Positions 37,606-44,977 of a DNA stretch of 64,000 nt are shown here, piece after piece; within the stretch, counting starts at the first letter, position 1; each line of letters starts with the position of its first letter. The translations under genes were made by a program, and so were the position numbers. Source of the DNA: an uncultured Pseudomonadota bacterium (GTDB lineage: Bacteria; Myxococcota_A; UBA796; SXON01); assembly GCA_903885375.1 (NCBI GenBank), contig CAISIK010000064.1, positions 456 through 64,455 of the forward strand, given 5' to 3'. The notes under the pieces are model-generated. The model was given only the letters and a program-made list of their open reading frames with translations. It was not told the origin of the DNA and did no database searches.

Positions 37606-37745
37606 TGATCCGCCTTCGCATCCTCGCCATCCTCCTGTTCGTCGGGGCCGTGGTCGGCTTCGGGAGCGGCTTCCGCCACCTCGCCGGGGGCGGGTCCTGG
37701 CACGGCCACGCCTGCGAGCGGGCCGCGGCGGAGCCCACGCCTTAG
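37605..37745 (+). CDS. possible 46-aa single-pass membrane peptide (not in the ORF track)
   Basis: The ATG overlaps the preceding TGA (TGATG). Translates to MIRLRILAILLFVGAVVGFGSGFRHLAGGGSWHGHACERAAAEPTP. Ends 12 nt before the regulator gene. Confidence 0.3.
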   Translation: MIRLRILAILLFVGAVVGFGSGFRHLAGGGSWHGHACERAAAEPTP

Positions 37746-37757
37746 AGCGGAGCGGTC

Positions 37758-38444
37758 ATGCCCGTGCGCGCCCTGCTCATCGACGACGACACCCGCCTCG
37801 CCGAGCTGCTCGCCGCCTACCTCACGCCCCACGACGTCGTGCTCATGCACGCGCCGGATGGCCCGAGGGGGTTGCGGCAGCTCGGCGCCGGCGGCGTGGA
37901 CATCGTGCTGCTCGACATCATGATGCCGGGCATGGATGGGCTCGACGTGCTCCGGCGTCTCCGCCAGCAGTGGGCGGTGCCGGTGGTGATGCTCACCGCC
38001 CGTGGCGACGAGACCGACCGGGTGGTCGGGCTCGAGCTGGGCGCGGACGACTACCTCGCCAAGCCCGTGTACCCGCGGGAGCTCCTCGCCCGCATCCGCG
38101 CGGTGCTCCGCCGCACGGCGCCCCGGGCGCCCGATCGGCGCATCGTCGTGGGCGACCTCGAGATCGACCCGGGCGCGCGCCTGGCCACCATCGGGCGCGA
38201 TGCCCTCCCGCTCACGGCCCTCGAATTCGACCTGCTCCTCGCGCTGGCCGAGCGGGCGGGGCGCGTGGTGCCGCGGGATGCGCTCTGGGAGGCCGCCGGC
38301 CGCAGCGACACCGTGGTGAACGAACGCACGGTGGATGTGCACGTCTCGCACCTCCGGGCCAAGCTGGGCGACGACGCGCGCGACCCGCAGCGCCTGAAGA
38401 CCATCCGCGGGGCGGGCTACCTGCTCGTGCGGGAGCCGGGATGA
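37758..38444 (+). CDS. OmpR-family response regulator
   Basis: LLIDDD, LLDIMMPGMDG and LAKPV receiver motifs, plus a winged-helix C-terminus (TVDVHVSHLRAKL). Confidence 0.95.
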   Translation: MPVRALLIDDDTRLAELLAAYLTPHDVVLMHAPDGPRGLRQLGAGGVDIVLLDIMMPGMDGLDVLRRLRQQWAVPVVMLTARGDETDRVVGLELGADDYLAKPVYPRELLARIRAVLRRTAPRAPDRRIVVGDLEIDPGARLATIGRDALPLTALEFDLLLALAERAGRVVPRDALWEAAGRSDTVVNERTVDVHVSHLRAKLGDDARDPQRLKTIRGAGYLLVREPG

Positions 38445-38463
38445 GTGCCGGTTCGGGTGGCGG

Positions 38464-39555
38464 GTGAGGCGCCGCGGCCCTCAAGGCCCTCCCTGGCACC
38501 GCAAGGGGAAGGCCCCGCGCGGGTGGCTCCTCGCCCGCGGCATCCACCGGACCGTGGTGGGTTTCCTGCTGGTCGCGCTCCTCCTCGGGGGAGTCGGCGG
38601 CGCGCTCCTGCATCACGCGCTGCGCGATGGCCACGTTTCCGGCGGGTTGGTGTGTCTCGCCGCCGCGGTCTTGTTCGCGGTGTGGCCGCTGGCCTGGATG
38701 GCCACGGCGCGCATCGCCTGGCCGCTGCGTGATCTGGCGAACGTGGCCGGCGAGATCCACGAAGGGCGCCTGTCCAGCCGCACGCAGCTCCCGGAGGGGG
38801 ACACCGAGGTGGGCGCCGTCGGCGTAGCGCTGCGGGGCGTGGCCGACCGGGTGGCCCGTCAGCTTCAGGACCAGCGGGCGCTGATGGCGGCCGTCTCCCA
38901 CGAGCTCCGCAGCCCGTTGGGCCGCGCGCGGATACTCATCGAGCTCGCGCGTGAGGGCACCGCCCCCGCCACGGCCTACGACGAGCTGCAGGCGGAGATC
39001 GACGGCATGGACCAGCTGGTGGGCGACCTGCTCGCCGCCGCCCGCATCGACTTCGAGGCGCTCGCCCCGGTGGACCTCGACCCGGGCGCGCTTGCCCGGC
39101 GGGCCGCGGGCACGGCGGGCCTCCCCGATGCCGCCGTTCACGTGGGGCCCGACCCCGGGTCGGTGCGCGCCGACCCGACCCTGCTCGCGCGGGCGCTGGG
39201 GGTGCTCCTCGACAACGCCCGGCGCTACGGGGCCGCCGAGGTGCACCTGCACGTGCGGGGGCGGCTCAACCGCGTACGTTTCGAGGTGGAGGACGACGGC
39301 CCGGGCTTTCCGGAGGGCACCGCCGAGCAGGCCTTCCAGCCCTTTTGGCGCGGGCCGGCCGGACCGGACGGGGCGCGGCCCCACGGCGAAGGCCTCGGGC
39401 TCGCGCTCGTGCGCCAGATCGCCGCCGCCCACCACGGCGAGGCGGGCGCGGAGAACCGCAGCGAAGGCGGCGCCCGCGTGTGGATCGAGCTCCCGCGTGA
39501 CCCCACTCCCGCCGCGGGCGGGTCGGAAAAGGCGACGCCCAAACCCGCCCGATGA
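38464..39555 (+). CDS. sensor histidine kinase
   Basis: Two TM segments. H-box SHELRSPL, N-box LLDNARRYG, G-boxes DDGPGF and GEGLGLAL. GTG start. Confidence 0.9.
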   Translation: MRRRGPQGPPWHRKGKAPRGWLLARGIHRTVVGFLLVALLLGGVGGALLHHALRDGHVSGGLVCLAAAVLFAVWPLAWMATARIAWPLRDLANVAGEIHEGRLSSRTQLPEGDTEVGAVGVALRGVADRVARQLQDQRALMAAVSHELRSPLGRARILIELAREGTAPATAYDELQAEIDGMDQLVGDLLAAARIDFEALAPVDLDPGALARRAAGTAGLPDAAVHVGPDPGSVRADPTLLARALGVLLDNARRYGAAEVHLHVRGRLNRVRFEVEDDGPGFPEGTAEQAFQPFWRGPAGPDGARPHGEGLGLALVRQIAAAHHGEAGAENRSEGGARVWIELPRDPTPAAGGSEKATPKPAR

Positions 39556-39690
39556 ATGGAAGTGGGTAGGATCCCCCACATCCTGTCGACTTCGGTTCAT
39601 CCGCTCGTGCCGCCGTCTCCCGCACGAAGCGCGGCTGGACCGGTCGCTCGTTCCTCGGCGACAGCGGGCGCGGGGGCCGCGCGCTCGGCC

Positions 39691-39726
39691 GCCCGCGACC
39701 CGCCGCCCGCCCGCGACCCGCCGCCG
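39691..39726. repeat. two tandem copies of an 18-nt GC-rich unit
   Basis: GCCCGCGACCCGCCGC occurs at 39691 and again at 39709, in the convergent intergenic region. Confidence 0.8.
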
Positions 39727-39755
39727 GGCCGGGCGCTCACCGGCGCGCGGCGCCT

Positions 39756-40166
39756 TCAGGACCGGTTCGCGATCCAGTCACTGCCGTCGGCGTAGCGCTC
39801 GCGCTTCCACACGGGCACGCGCGCCTTCAGCTCGTCGATGAGCGTGCGGCTGGCGGCGTAGGCCTCCTCGCGGTGGGCGGCGCCGACCGCGATCACCACG
39901 CTCGCTTCGCCGATGGCCACGAGGCCGGTGCGGTGCACCATCGCCACCGCGACCCCCGGCCAGCGCTCGCCGACCTCGCGCTCGATCTTCGCCATCTCCA
40001 CGAGCGCCATCGCTGCGTAGGCTTCGTACTCGAGGCCGAGCACCTCGCGCCCACGGTTGTGGTTCCGCGCCACGCCGGCGAAGGTGAGCAGCGCGCCGTG
40101 GCCAGGCGCGGCAACAAGCGCTTCGAGCGCGGCGGCGTCGATACGATCGGCGGTGAGCGCGACCAT
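39756..40166 (-). CDS. moaE: molybdopterin synthase catalytic subunit
   Basis: 136 aa from ATG 40166. LLTFAGVARNHNRGREV ... VAIGEASVVIAVGAAHREEA ... PVWKRE, typical of MoaE. Confidence 0.9.
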   Translation of the reverse strand: MVALTADRIDAAALEALVAAPGHGALLTFAGVARNHNRGREVLGLEYEAYAAMALVEMAKIEREVGERWPGVAVAMVHRTGLVAIGEASVVIAVGAAHREEAYAASRTLIDELKARVPVWKRERYADGSDWIANRS

Positions 40167-40393
40167 CAGCCACCGCCGAGGGGAGGGAGGAAGGCCACCT
40201 CGTCGCCCTCGGCGAGCGGGGTGGTACCGGCCACGCGCTCGAGGTTCACGGCGAAGGCCACCGGCAGGTCCAGGGGGAGGCCGAGCCGGGCGTAGGCCGC
40301 GGCAACGGTGGCGCCATCGGGGAGGGCGAGCGACTCCGTGCTGCAACCGCGCAGCTCGCGGAGCGTGGCGAAGTGGTGGACGGTCACGCGCAT
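40166..40393 (-). CDS. moaD: molybdopterin synthase sulfur-carrier subunit
   Basis: 75 aa from ATG 40393, ending in the diagnostic GG. Its stop overlaps the moaE start. Confidence 0.85.
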   Translation of the reverse strand: MRVTVHHFATLRELRGCSTESLALPDGATVAAAYARLGLPLDLPVAFAVNLERVAGTTPLAEGDEVAFLPPLGGG

Positions 40394-40459
40394 GGCCGCC
40401 GCGTAGCCCGGCCGCCCGCTGGCCGCCCACCCCGCCGGGTTTGGGATTACGCGGGTGGC

Positions 40460-41386
40460 GTGGATCCTTCCTGGCTCGATGCGGTCGTGCTGCTCACCAT
40501 CGGCGGTTCGTCCTGCTCGGGCACCTTCGTGGAGTCCTCCGGCCTGGTGCTCACGGCCTACCACTGCGTGGCCTCGGGGGCGCCCGTGCGCGTGGAGACG
40601 CACGACGGCAGGACAGCGGTGGGGCGAACGGTGGCGGCCGACCCCGCGCACGACCTCGCCCTCGTGGAGGTGGCCGCCCTCGGCCCGAACGCGCCCGTTC
40701 TCGCTCTCCGTGTGGAGGACCCGGCGCTCGGCGAGCGCCTCTGGGCGGTCGGCCACCCCTTCGCCTCCGCCGCCAGCGGCGCGATGGAGGGCACCCTCCG
40801 CTGGAGCGTGACCGAAGGCGTGGCCTCGGCGGTGGGCGCCACCTTCGTGCAGACCGACGCCGCGCTCAACCCCGGCAACAGCGGCGGCCCCCTGCTGGAC
40901 GGCGCGGGCCGCATCGTCGGGGTCGTGAGCCGGAAGCTCGCGGCCGACAACATCTCCTTCGCCACGCGCGCGCCGCTGGCCCGCGCGCTGCTCGACGCGC
41001 GCACCCGGCCCGCCCTGCTCGGTGGAACCTGGAGCGTGGGCGGGCTCCTCGCGGCCAGCCGCACCCAGCAGGTGGCGGCGGCCGCCGAGCTCTCGGTGGT
41101 GGTGCGCGAGCGGGTGTGGGTTCGGGGCGCCGTGGGTGGCACGCTCGTGGGCGACCCCACGCCGTACGCCGCCGCCGCGCTCGGCCTTCGCCAGCGCCTG
41201 GGCACCGGCCCCTTCTCCACCGCGGTGGACGTGGGCGGGATGATCGATGCCGCCGAGCCGCTCGACCCCTCCGTGGTGGCGCGGGTGAGCCTGCTCACGG
41301 TGGGGCTCGGCTACCGGTGGGCGCCGCTCTCGGGGGCGATGGGGGCGGAGCTGAGCTTCAGCCTCCCGCTGCACGGTGTGTGGTGA
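40460..41386 (+). CDS. trypsin-like (S1) serine protease with non-PDZ C-terminal extension
   Basis: Catalytic contexts TAYHC, HDLALV and GNSGGPL. The track ORF starts at GTG 40373, which overlaps moaD; GTG 40460 is preferred. Start uncertain. Confidence 0.8.
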   Translation: MDPSWLDAVVLLTIGGSSCSGTFVESSGLVLTAYHCVASGAPVRVETHDGRTAVGRTVAADPAHDLALVEVAALGPNAPVLALRVEDPALGERLWAVGHPFASAASGAMEGTLRWSVTEGVASAVGATFVQTDAALNPGNSGGPLLDGAGRIVGVVSRKLAADNISFATRAPLARALLDARTRPALLGGTWSVGGLLAASRTQQVAAAAELSVVVRERVWVRGAVGGTLVGDPTPYAAAALGLRQRLGTGPFSTAVDVGGMIDAAEPLDPSVVARVSLLTVGLGYRWAPLSGAMGAELSFSLPLHGVW

Positions 41387-41398
41387 GGGCACGCGGGG

Positions 41399-41448
41399 GA
41401 GACGCGCCGCGACCGTCCGCTGGGCAAATCGGGGCAGGTGCGCGTCTC
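41399..41448 (+). repeat. conserved stem-loop element, copy B
   Basis: 9-bp stem GAGACGCGC/GCGCGTCTC encloses a 32-nt loop whose first 17 nt equal those of copy A. Confidence 0.6.
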
Positions 41449-41563
41449 GGCGCGACCGGGCGCGCCGCCTAAACCGGGGCATGCAAGCTGTGAAACTGGC
41501 GGCAGGCCACGGGTTGGACATTTTTTTCTGACAGCGGCGGCATTGCGCCGGGGACCGGGTACA

Positions 41564-42109
41564 ATGCTGGACCGCTCCGGGGTTCACGCTCCGGGGTTCA
41601 TCATGCGTATGTGGACTGGTAATGGTGCCTTTCAATGGGAAGCTTCCCGCAAGTGGGAACTGAACGCGGCCTCCGAATTCTGCAGAGGCGATGGCGCGGT
41701 GCTCATTCCTGGGGGGCTTCAATCGTTCAGCGTGTTTTTCCGCCGAGCCAGTCAGTCGGCGGGGACATTCACCCTCAAGGTGCACACAACTCCGATCTAT
41801 ACGCAGCTGCTCGATACCGAGGTCACCTCGAACAACGCGGCCGCTACCCTGCTTCCGCTCGCCGTACAGCCGCTCACCGGCTTGGAGATGACCTCCACTG
41901 GGGCCAAAGTGTTTGGGGCGAGGATCGACCCTTCGCAAGCCATGGGCACCGTGCTGTTCTGGGAGGTGGCCAACACCGTTGCCGGTGGCGTTCTGGTCGG
42001 CGACATCTACCTCGTGGCCAATCATCAAGGCGCAGTAGCGAACCCGAGGTTCGCTCGGACCGTGGACGACCCCGACGGTCAGGGCGGCACCAACCCGCGA
42101 ATGCGGTGA
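41564..42109 (+). CDS. hypothetical single-domain beta-rich protein, apparent paralog of the 27229 product (island 2, gene 1)
   Basis: ORF 41438-42109 with candidate ATG starts at 41564 or 41603. Shares the QxE...WEL and RR...F.L...TP motifs with the island 1 protein. Confidence 0.55.
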   Translation: MLDRSGVHAPGFIMRMWTGNGAFQWEASRKWELNAASEFCRGDGAVLIPGGLQSFSVFFRRASQSAGTFTLKVHTTPIYTQLLDTEVTSNNAAATLLPLAVQPLTGLEMTSTGAKVFGARIDPSQAMGTVLFWEVANTVAGGVLVGDIYLVANHQGAVANPRFARTVDDPDGQGGTNPRMR

Positions 42110-42118
42110 GGGGCGATC

Positions 42119-42460
42119 ATGGCCTACATCGACAGGCCGAGCAAGGAGTTGCTGACCTACTACCGCGGCACGGTTTCTGCGCTGAAGGTGGAGCAGTACG
42201 ACGAGCGGGACCAGATTTGGTTCATCCTGGACTTGACGGAAGAAACGGCCGCGCTGCCTCCATTCGGCTACACGCTGCCGGTCGGGCACGAGGTGCACTA
42301 TCTGTGCATCTACCGCGATATCGGCACCACGGTCGCGCTGGCCCAGCTGCAGTTGTTGCGCACGGCGCTGATGGAGCGGGCCGAGGTGGGGGTGTGGGCG
42401 CTGCGCGACCTCGCAACGACGACGCAATTTGTCTACTCCGTCTGCTTGTATCCGGGATAA
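42119..42460 (+). CDS. hypothetical protein (113 aa; island 2, gene 2)
   Basis: ATG 42119 lies 9 nt after the previous stop, behind a GGTGAGGGG purine run. No family recognised. Confidence 0.5.
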   Translation: MAYIDRPSKELLTYYRGTVSALKVEQYDERDQIWFILDLTEETAALPPFGYTLPVGHEVHYLCIYRDIGTTVALAQLQLLRTALMERAEVGVWALRDLATTTQFVYSVCLYPG

Positions 42461-42749
42461 GCAGAATTTTGTTATGGGAGCGGGCGGGCGTAACGGCAAG
42501 TGACCAGCGTGGAGCGCGGCCCGGTCGAGGCGGGGGACTGATGGCGGGTGGCCAACTCGGATTGCGGCGACGGGAATGGTGGGTGGGCCTGAGTGCGGGC
42601 GTGGCGTACCGCAGGGCCAAAGTGTTTGCCGCAGCACGTCCGCATCTCCCAGTCCGTTCCGCGCGGCACGTCCGGCAGGACAGGGCTGACGAAGCGAGGG
42701 AGGGGATACAGGCGGGCGCCGTGACCGGGCTTCGAGCCTACTCGAGTAG

Positions 42750-43640
42750 ATGGAGCGGCCGAGGGCTCCTCGTTTGGGGCGAGCGACGGCCGGTGAGCCA
42801 CCGGGCGCCCGCGAAGGTGCGGCCCGCGCGGAGGTGCCGGTGAGTACGGGCAGTCCGGGGCTTCCTCTGGTCGCGGTGCGAGTTCGGCCGACTCTCTTCG
42901 TCGGAGACGCGGGCTCGGCCAGTGCAAATGCGGTCGCCAAATGCAGCGAAATGATGCGGCTCACCACCACGGCATTTGCTCAGGCAGGAGTGGTTCTTGC
43001 CTGGGAAACACTGAGAATCGTCGAGAGTGCCACGATGGAGCGAGCCGCGAGCGGTCGCCAGTCGGCGTGGACGGAGGGGCAGTGCACGCCATCGGCGTCA
43101 TGGATGGACGTTTTCTTCATTGAGAACACCTACGCTGACGCCGACGCCGAGGTGTCGCCCTCGTCGGGTCGGCCGGAATTCCACGGAGTGACCCTTCACC
43201 CCGATCCGAGTGCCTCCCCTCCGCTCCTTGGCTGGGGCGTGTGGGTGTACTGGCAGGTCTCGACGTGGACCACCCTGGCTCACGAACTCGGGCATGCTTT
43301 CGGCCTGCCCCACGTCGATACAGGGAGCGGGTCATATTCGGAGACGATAGAGGAGTTTAGGCTTGACGATTACGCCTTCATGCCGTTCGAAAATGACACG
43401 GTGGGGGTGGGCTCAAACCTGATGATTCAGGGGACTGACAGCACAAGCGACCCCAGCGACTTCACTTGGACGCACGGTCAGGTGCTGTTGATGCGTCGGA
43501 CGCTCGCGTCGCGTGCGAGCCGGTGGGCCTTTGCTTCGTCCTATTGGCGAAGTTGGGGGGGGCGGGACACGCTCCCGGTCGGTTTCGTTCGGCTGCCTGA
43601 TTGCGTCAGCTTTCTGGGTGCCGAATGGGGGTGGCCGTGA
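42750..43640 (+). CDS. metzincin-type zinc metalloprotease (HExxHxxGxxH)
   Basis: HELGHAFGLPH motif. Start ATG 42750 or GTG 42840. No obvious signal peptide. Confidence 0.75.
   Translation: MERPRAPRLGRATAGEPPGAREGAARAEVPVSTGSPGLPLVAVRVRPTLFVGDAGSASANAVAKCSEMMRLTTTAFAQAGVVLAWETLRIVESATMERAASGRQSAWTEGQCTPSASWMDVFFIENTYADADAEVSPSSGRPEFHGVTLHPDPSASPPLLGWGVWVYWQVSTWTTLAHELGHAFGLPHVDTGSGSYSETIEEFRLDDYAFMPFENDTVGVGSNLMIQGTDSTSDPSDFTWTHGQVLLMRRTLASRASRWAFASSYWRSWGGRDTLPVGFVRLPDCVSFLGAEWGWP
43554..43562 (+). repeat. homopolymeric G9 tract inside the metalloprotease CDS
   Basis: Nine consecutive G, lying in the codons that read SWGGR. Second-longest homopolymer seen by eye. Confidence 0.9.
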
Positions 43641-44023
43641 AGGCAGCGAACTGGGGCGCGGTTCGAGTGTTCGCTGCACTGCTTTTGACCCTGACGGCCG
43701 CGTGCCAGGAAGATGTCTGGGAATGCGCTGGGGATGACTGCGCTTGCGCAGTGGATGACGACTGCGTCATCACCACCTGCGCGTCATCCGCCGATGCCTT
43801 CGAGTGCTCTCCCGAGTGCCCATGTACCAATGGATGGCCCCTGCCCAGGTCCGTGGCCGATCGCGTCGCGGCCGCCAGCTTGGCGGAAGGGTGCGGGCAT
43901 TGCGAGCAGTCGTCTGTGGTGGGGAGCTGTATTCGGACCGAGTGCGACGTCGTCGAGTTGGAAGCCAGTTGCCGCTTGGGCAGGTGTGTCGGCGTGCCCG
44001 CGGGTGGTCGTGCAGCACCCTGA
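43637..44023 (+). CDS. Cys-rich lipoprotein overlapping the metalloprotease stop
   Basis: GTG 43637 overlaps the protease stop (GTGA); ATG 43625 is an alternative. Lipobox LTAAC, then 16 Cys including DDDCVITTCAS. Confidence 0.6.
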   Translation: MKAANWGAVRVFAALLLTLTAACQEDVWECAGDDCACAVDDDCVITTCASSADAFECSPECPCTNGWPLPRSVADRVAAASLAEGCGHCEQSSVVGSCIRTECDVVELEASCRLGRCVGVPAGGRAAP

Positions 44024-44131
44024 CTGGCGTGTCCCGGAATCCGCCGACGCCGAGCATCAGCCCGCCCCGGCGGCGCCCGGCGCGCGCCTGCCCTGCCTCC
44101 CCTGAGGTGGGTCGCGGCGCGCCGGCCCGCC

Positions 44132-44977
44132 TCACCGAACGAGCTGCCCCCGGGGCACCACCCGCACCGCCGGAACGAGCGCCCCGCCGCGCTCCGCGAG
44201 GTATTCCACCTCGCCCACCGGCTCGCCGAGGAAGCGCTCCCCCAGCTCGGCGAAGCGGGCGGGATCGCCGGTGGAGAGGAAACGCAGCCGGCCGGTGCCC
44301 GGGCTCGCGAACGAGGGGTGGCGCGCCAGCCAGTCCACGAGGCGCTCGGCCACCCAGGGCGCCGGATCCAGCAGGGTGACCTCGGGGGGGAGGGCGCCCT
44401 CGAAGGCGCGGCGCAGGAGCGGGTAGTGGGTGCACCCGAGCACGAGGGTGTCGATGTCGCCGAGGGTGGCCACGTACCGGCGCACGGCGGCGCGGGCCAC
44501 GTCGGTTTCCTCCCAGCCATCCTCCACGATGGGGGCGAGGAGCGGGGCCGCCCGCTCCACCACCAGCACGTCGGCGAGCTTCCGCACCTCGGTGGTGAAC
44601 GTACCGCTGGCCACGGTGCGCGCGGTGCCGAGGAGGCCGATCCGGCCGCGCGTGGCGCCCACGGCGCACTCCGCCGCCGGGATGGTGACCCCGAGCACGC
44701 GGCGGGTCTCGGAGCCGTAGCGGGCCTGGAGGTGGCGGAGGGCCACGCTCGAGACCGTGTGGCACGCCACCACCACGAGCCGGCAGCCCTCGGCGAAGAG
44801 CCGCTCCACGCACTGCTCGGAGAAGTCGAGCACCGCCTCGGCCTCCCGGCCGCCGTAGGGCGCGCGGCCGGAGTCGCCGAGGTACACAAAATCGTGGTGG
44901 GGCAGCGCGCGGCGGAGCTCCCGCAGGACGGTGAGCCCCCCGAAGCCCGAGTCGAGCACGCCGATGGGAGCGCTCAT
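44132..44977 (-). CDS. murI: glutamate racemase
   Basis: VLDSGFGGLTV, VVACHTVSS and LGCTHYPLL motifs. ATG 44977 overlaps the upstream stop (ATGA). Confidence 0.93.
   Translation of the reverse strand: MSAPIGVLDSGFGGLTVLRELRRALPHHDFVYLGDSGRAPYGGREAEAVLDFSEQCVERLFAEGCRLVVVACHTVSSVALRHLQARYGSETRRVLGVTIPAAECAVGATRGRIGLLGTARTVASGTFTTEVRKLADVLVVERAAPLLAPIVEDGWEETDVARAAVRRYVATLGDIDTLVLGCTHYPLLRRAFEGALPPEVTLLDPAPWVAERLVDWLARHPSFASPGTGRLRFLSTGDPARFAELGERFLGEPVGEVEYLAERGGALVPAVRVVPRGQLVR

Noticed and set aside
35943-38351. 802-aa minus-strand ORF
   Set aside because: Antisense to the membrane protein, CpxP-like and response-regulator genes. Pro/Arg/Ala-rich.
41635-42843. 402-aa plus-strand ORF bridging island 2 genes and the 42461-42749 gap
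   Set aside because: It is out of frame with two better-supported ORFs that have start-site context. The product is extremely Arg/Gly-rich. It was not used to fill the gap.
40394-42970. Upstream part of the 934-aa minus-strand ORF 40166-42970
   Set aside because: Only the last 75 codons (moaD) are credible. The rest is antisense to the protease and the island 2 genes.
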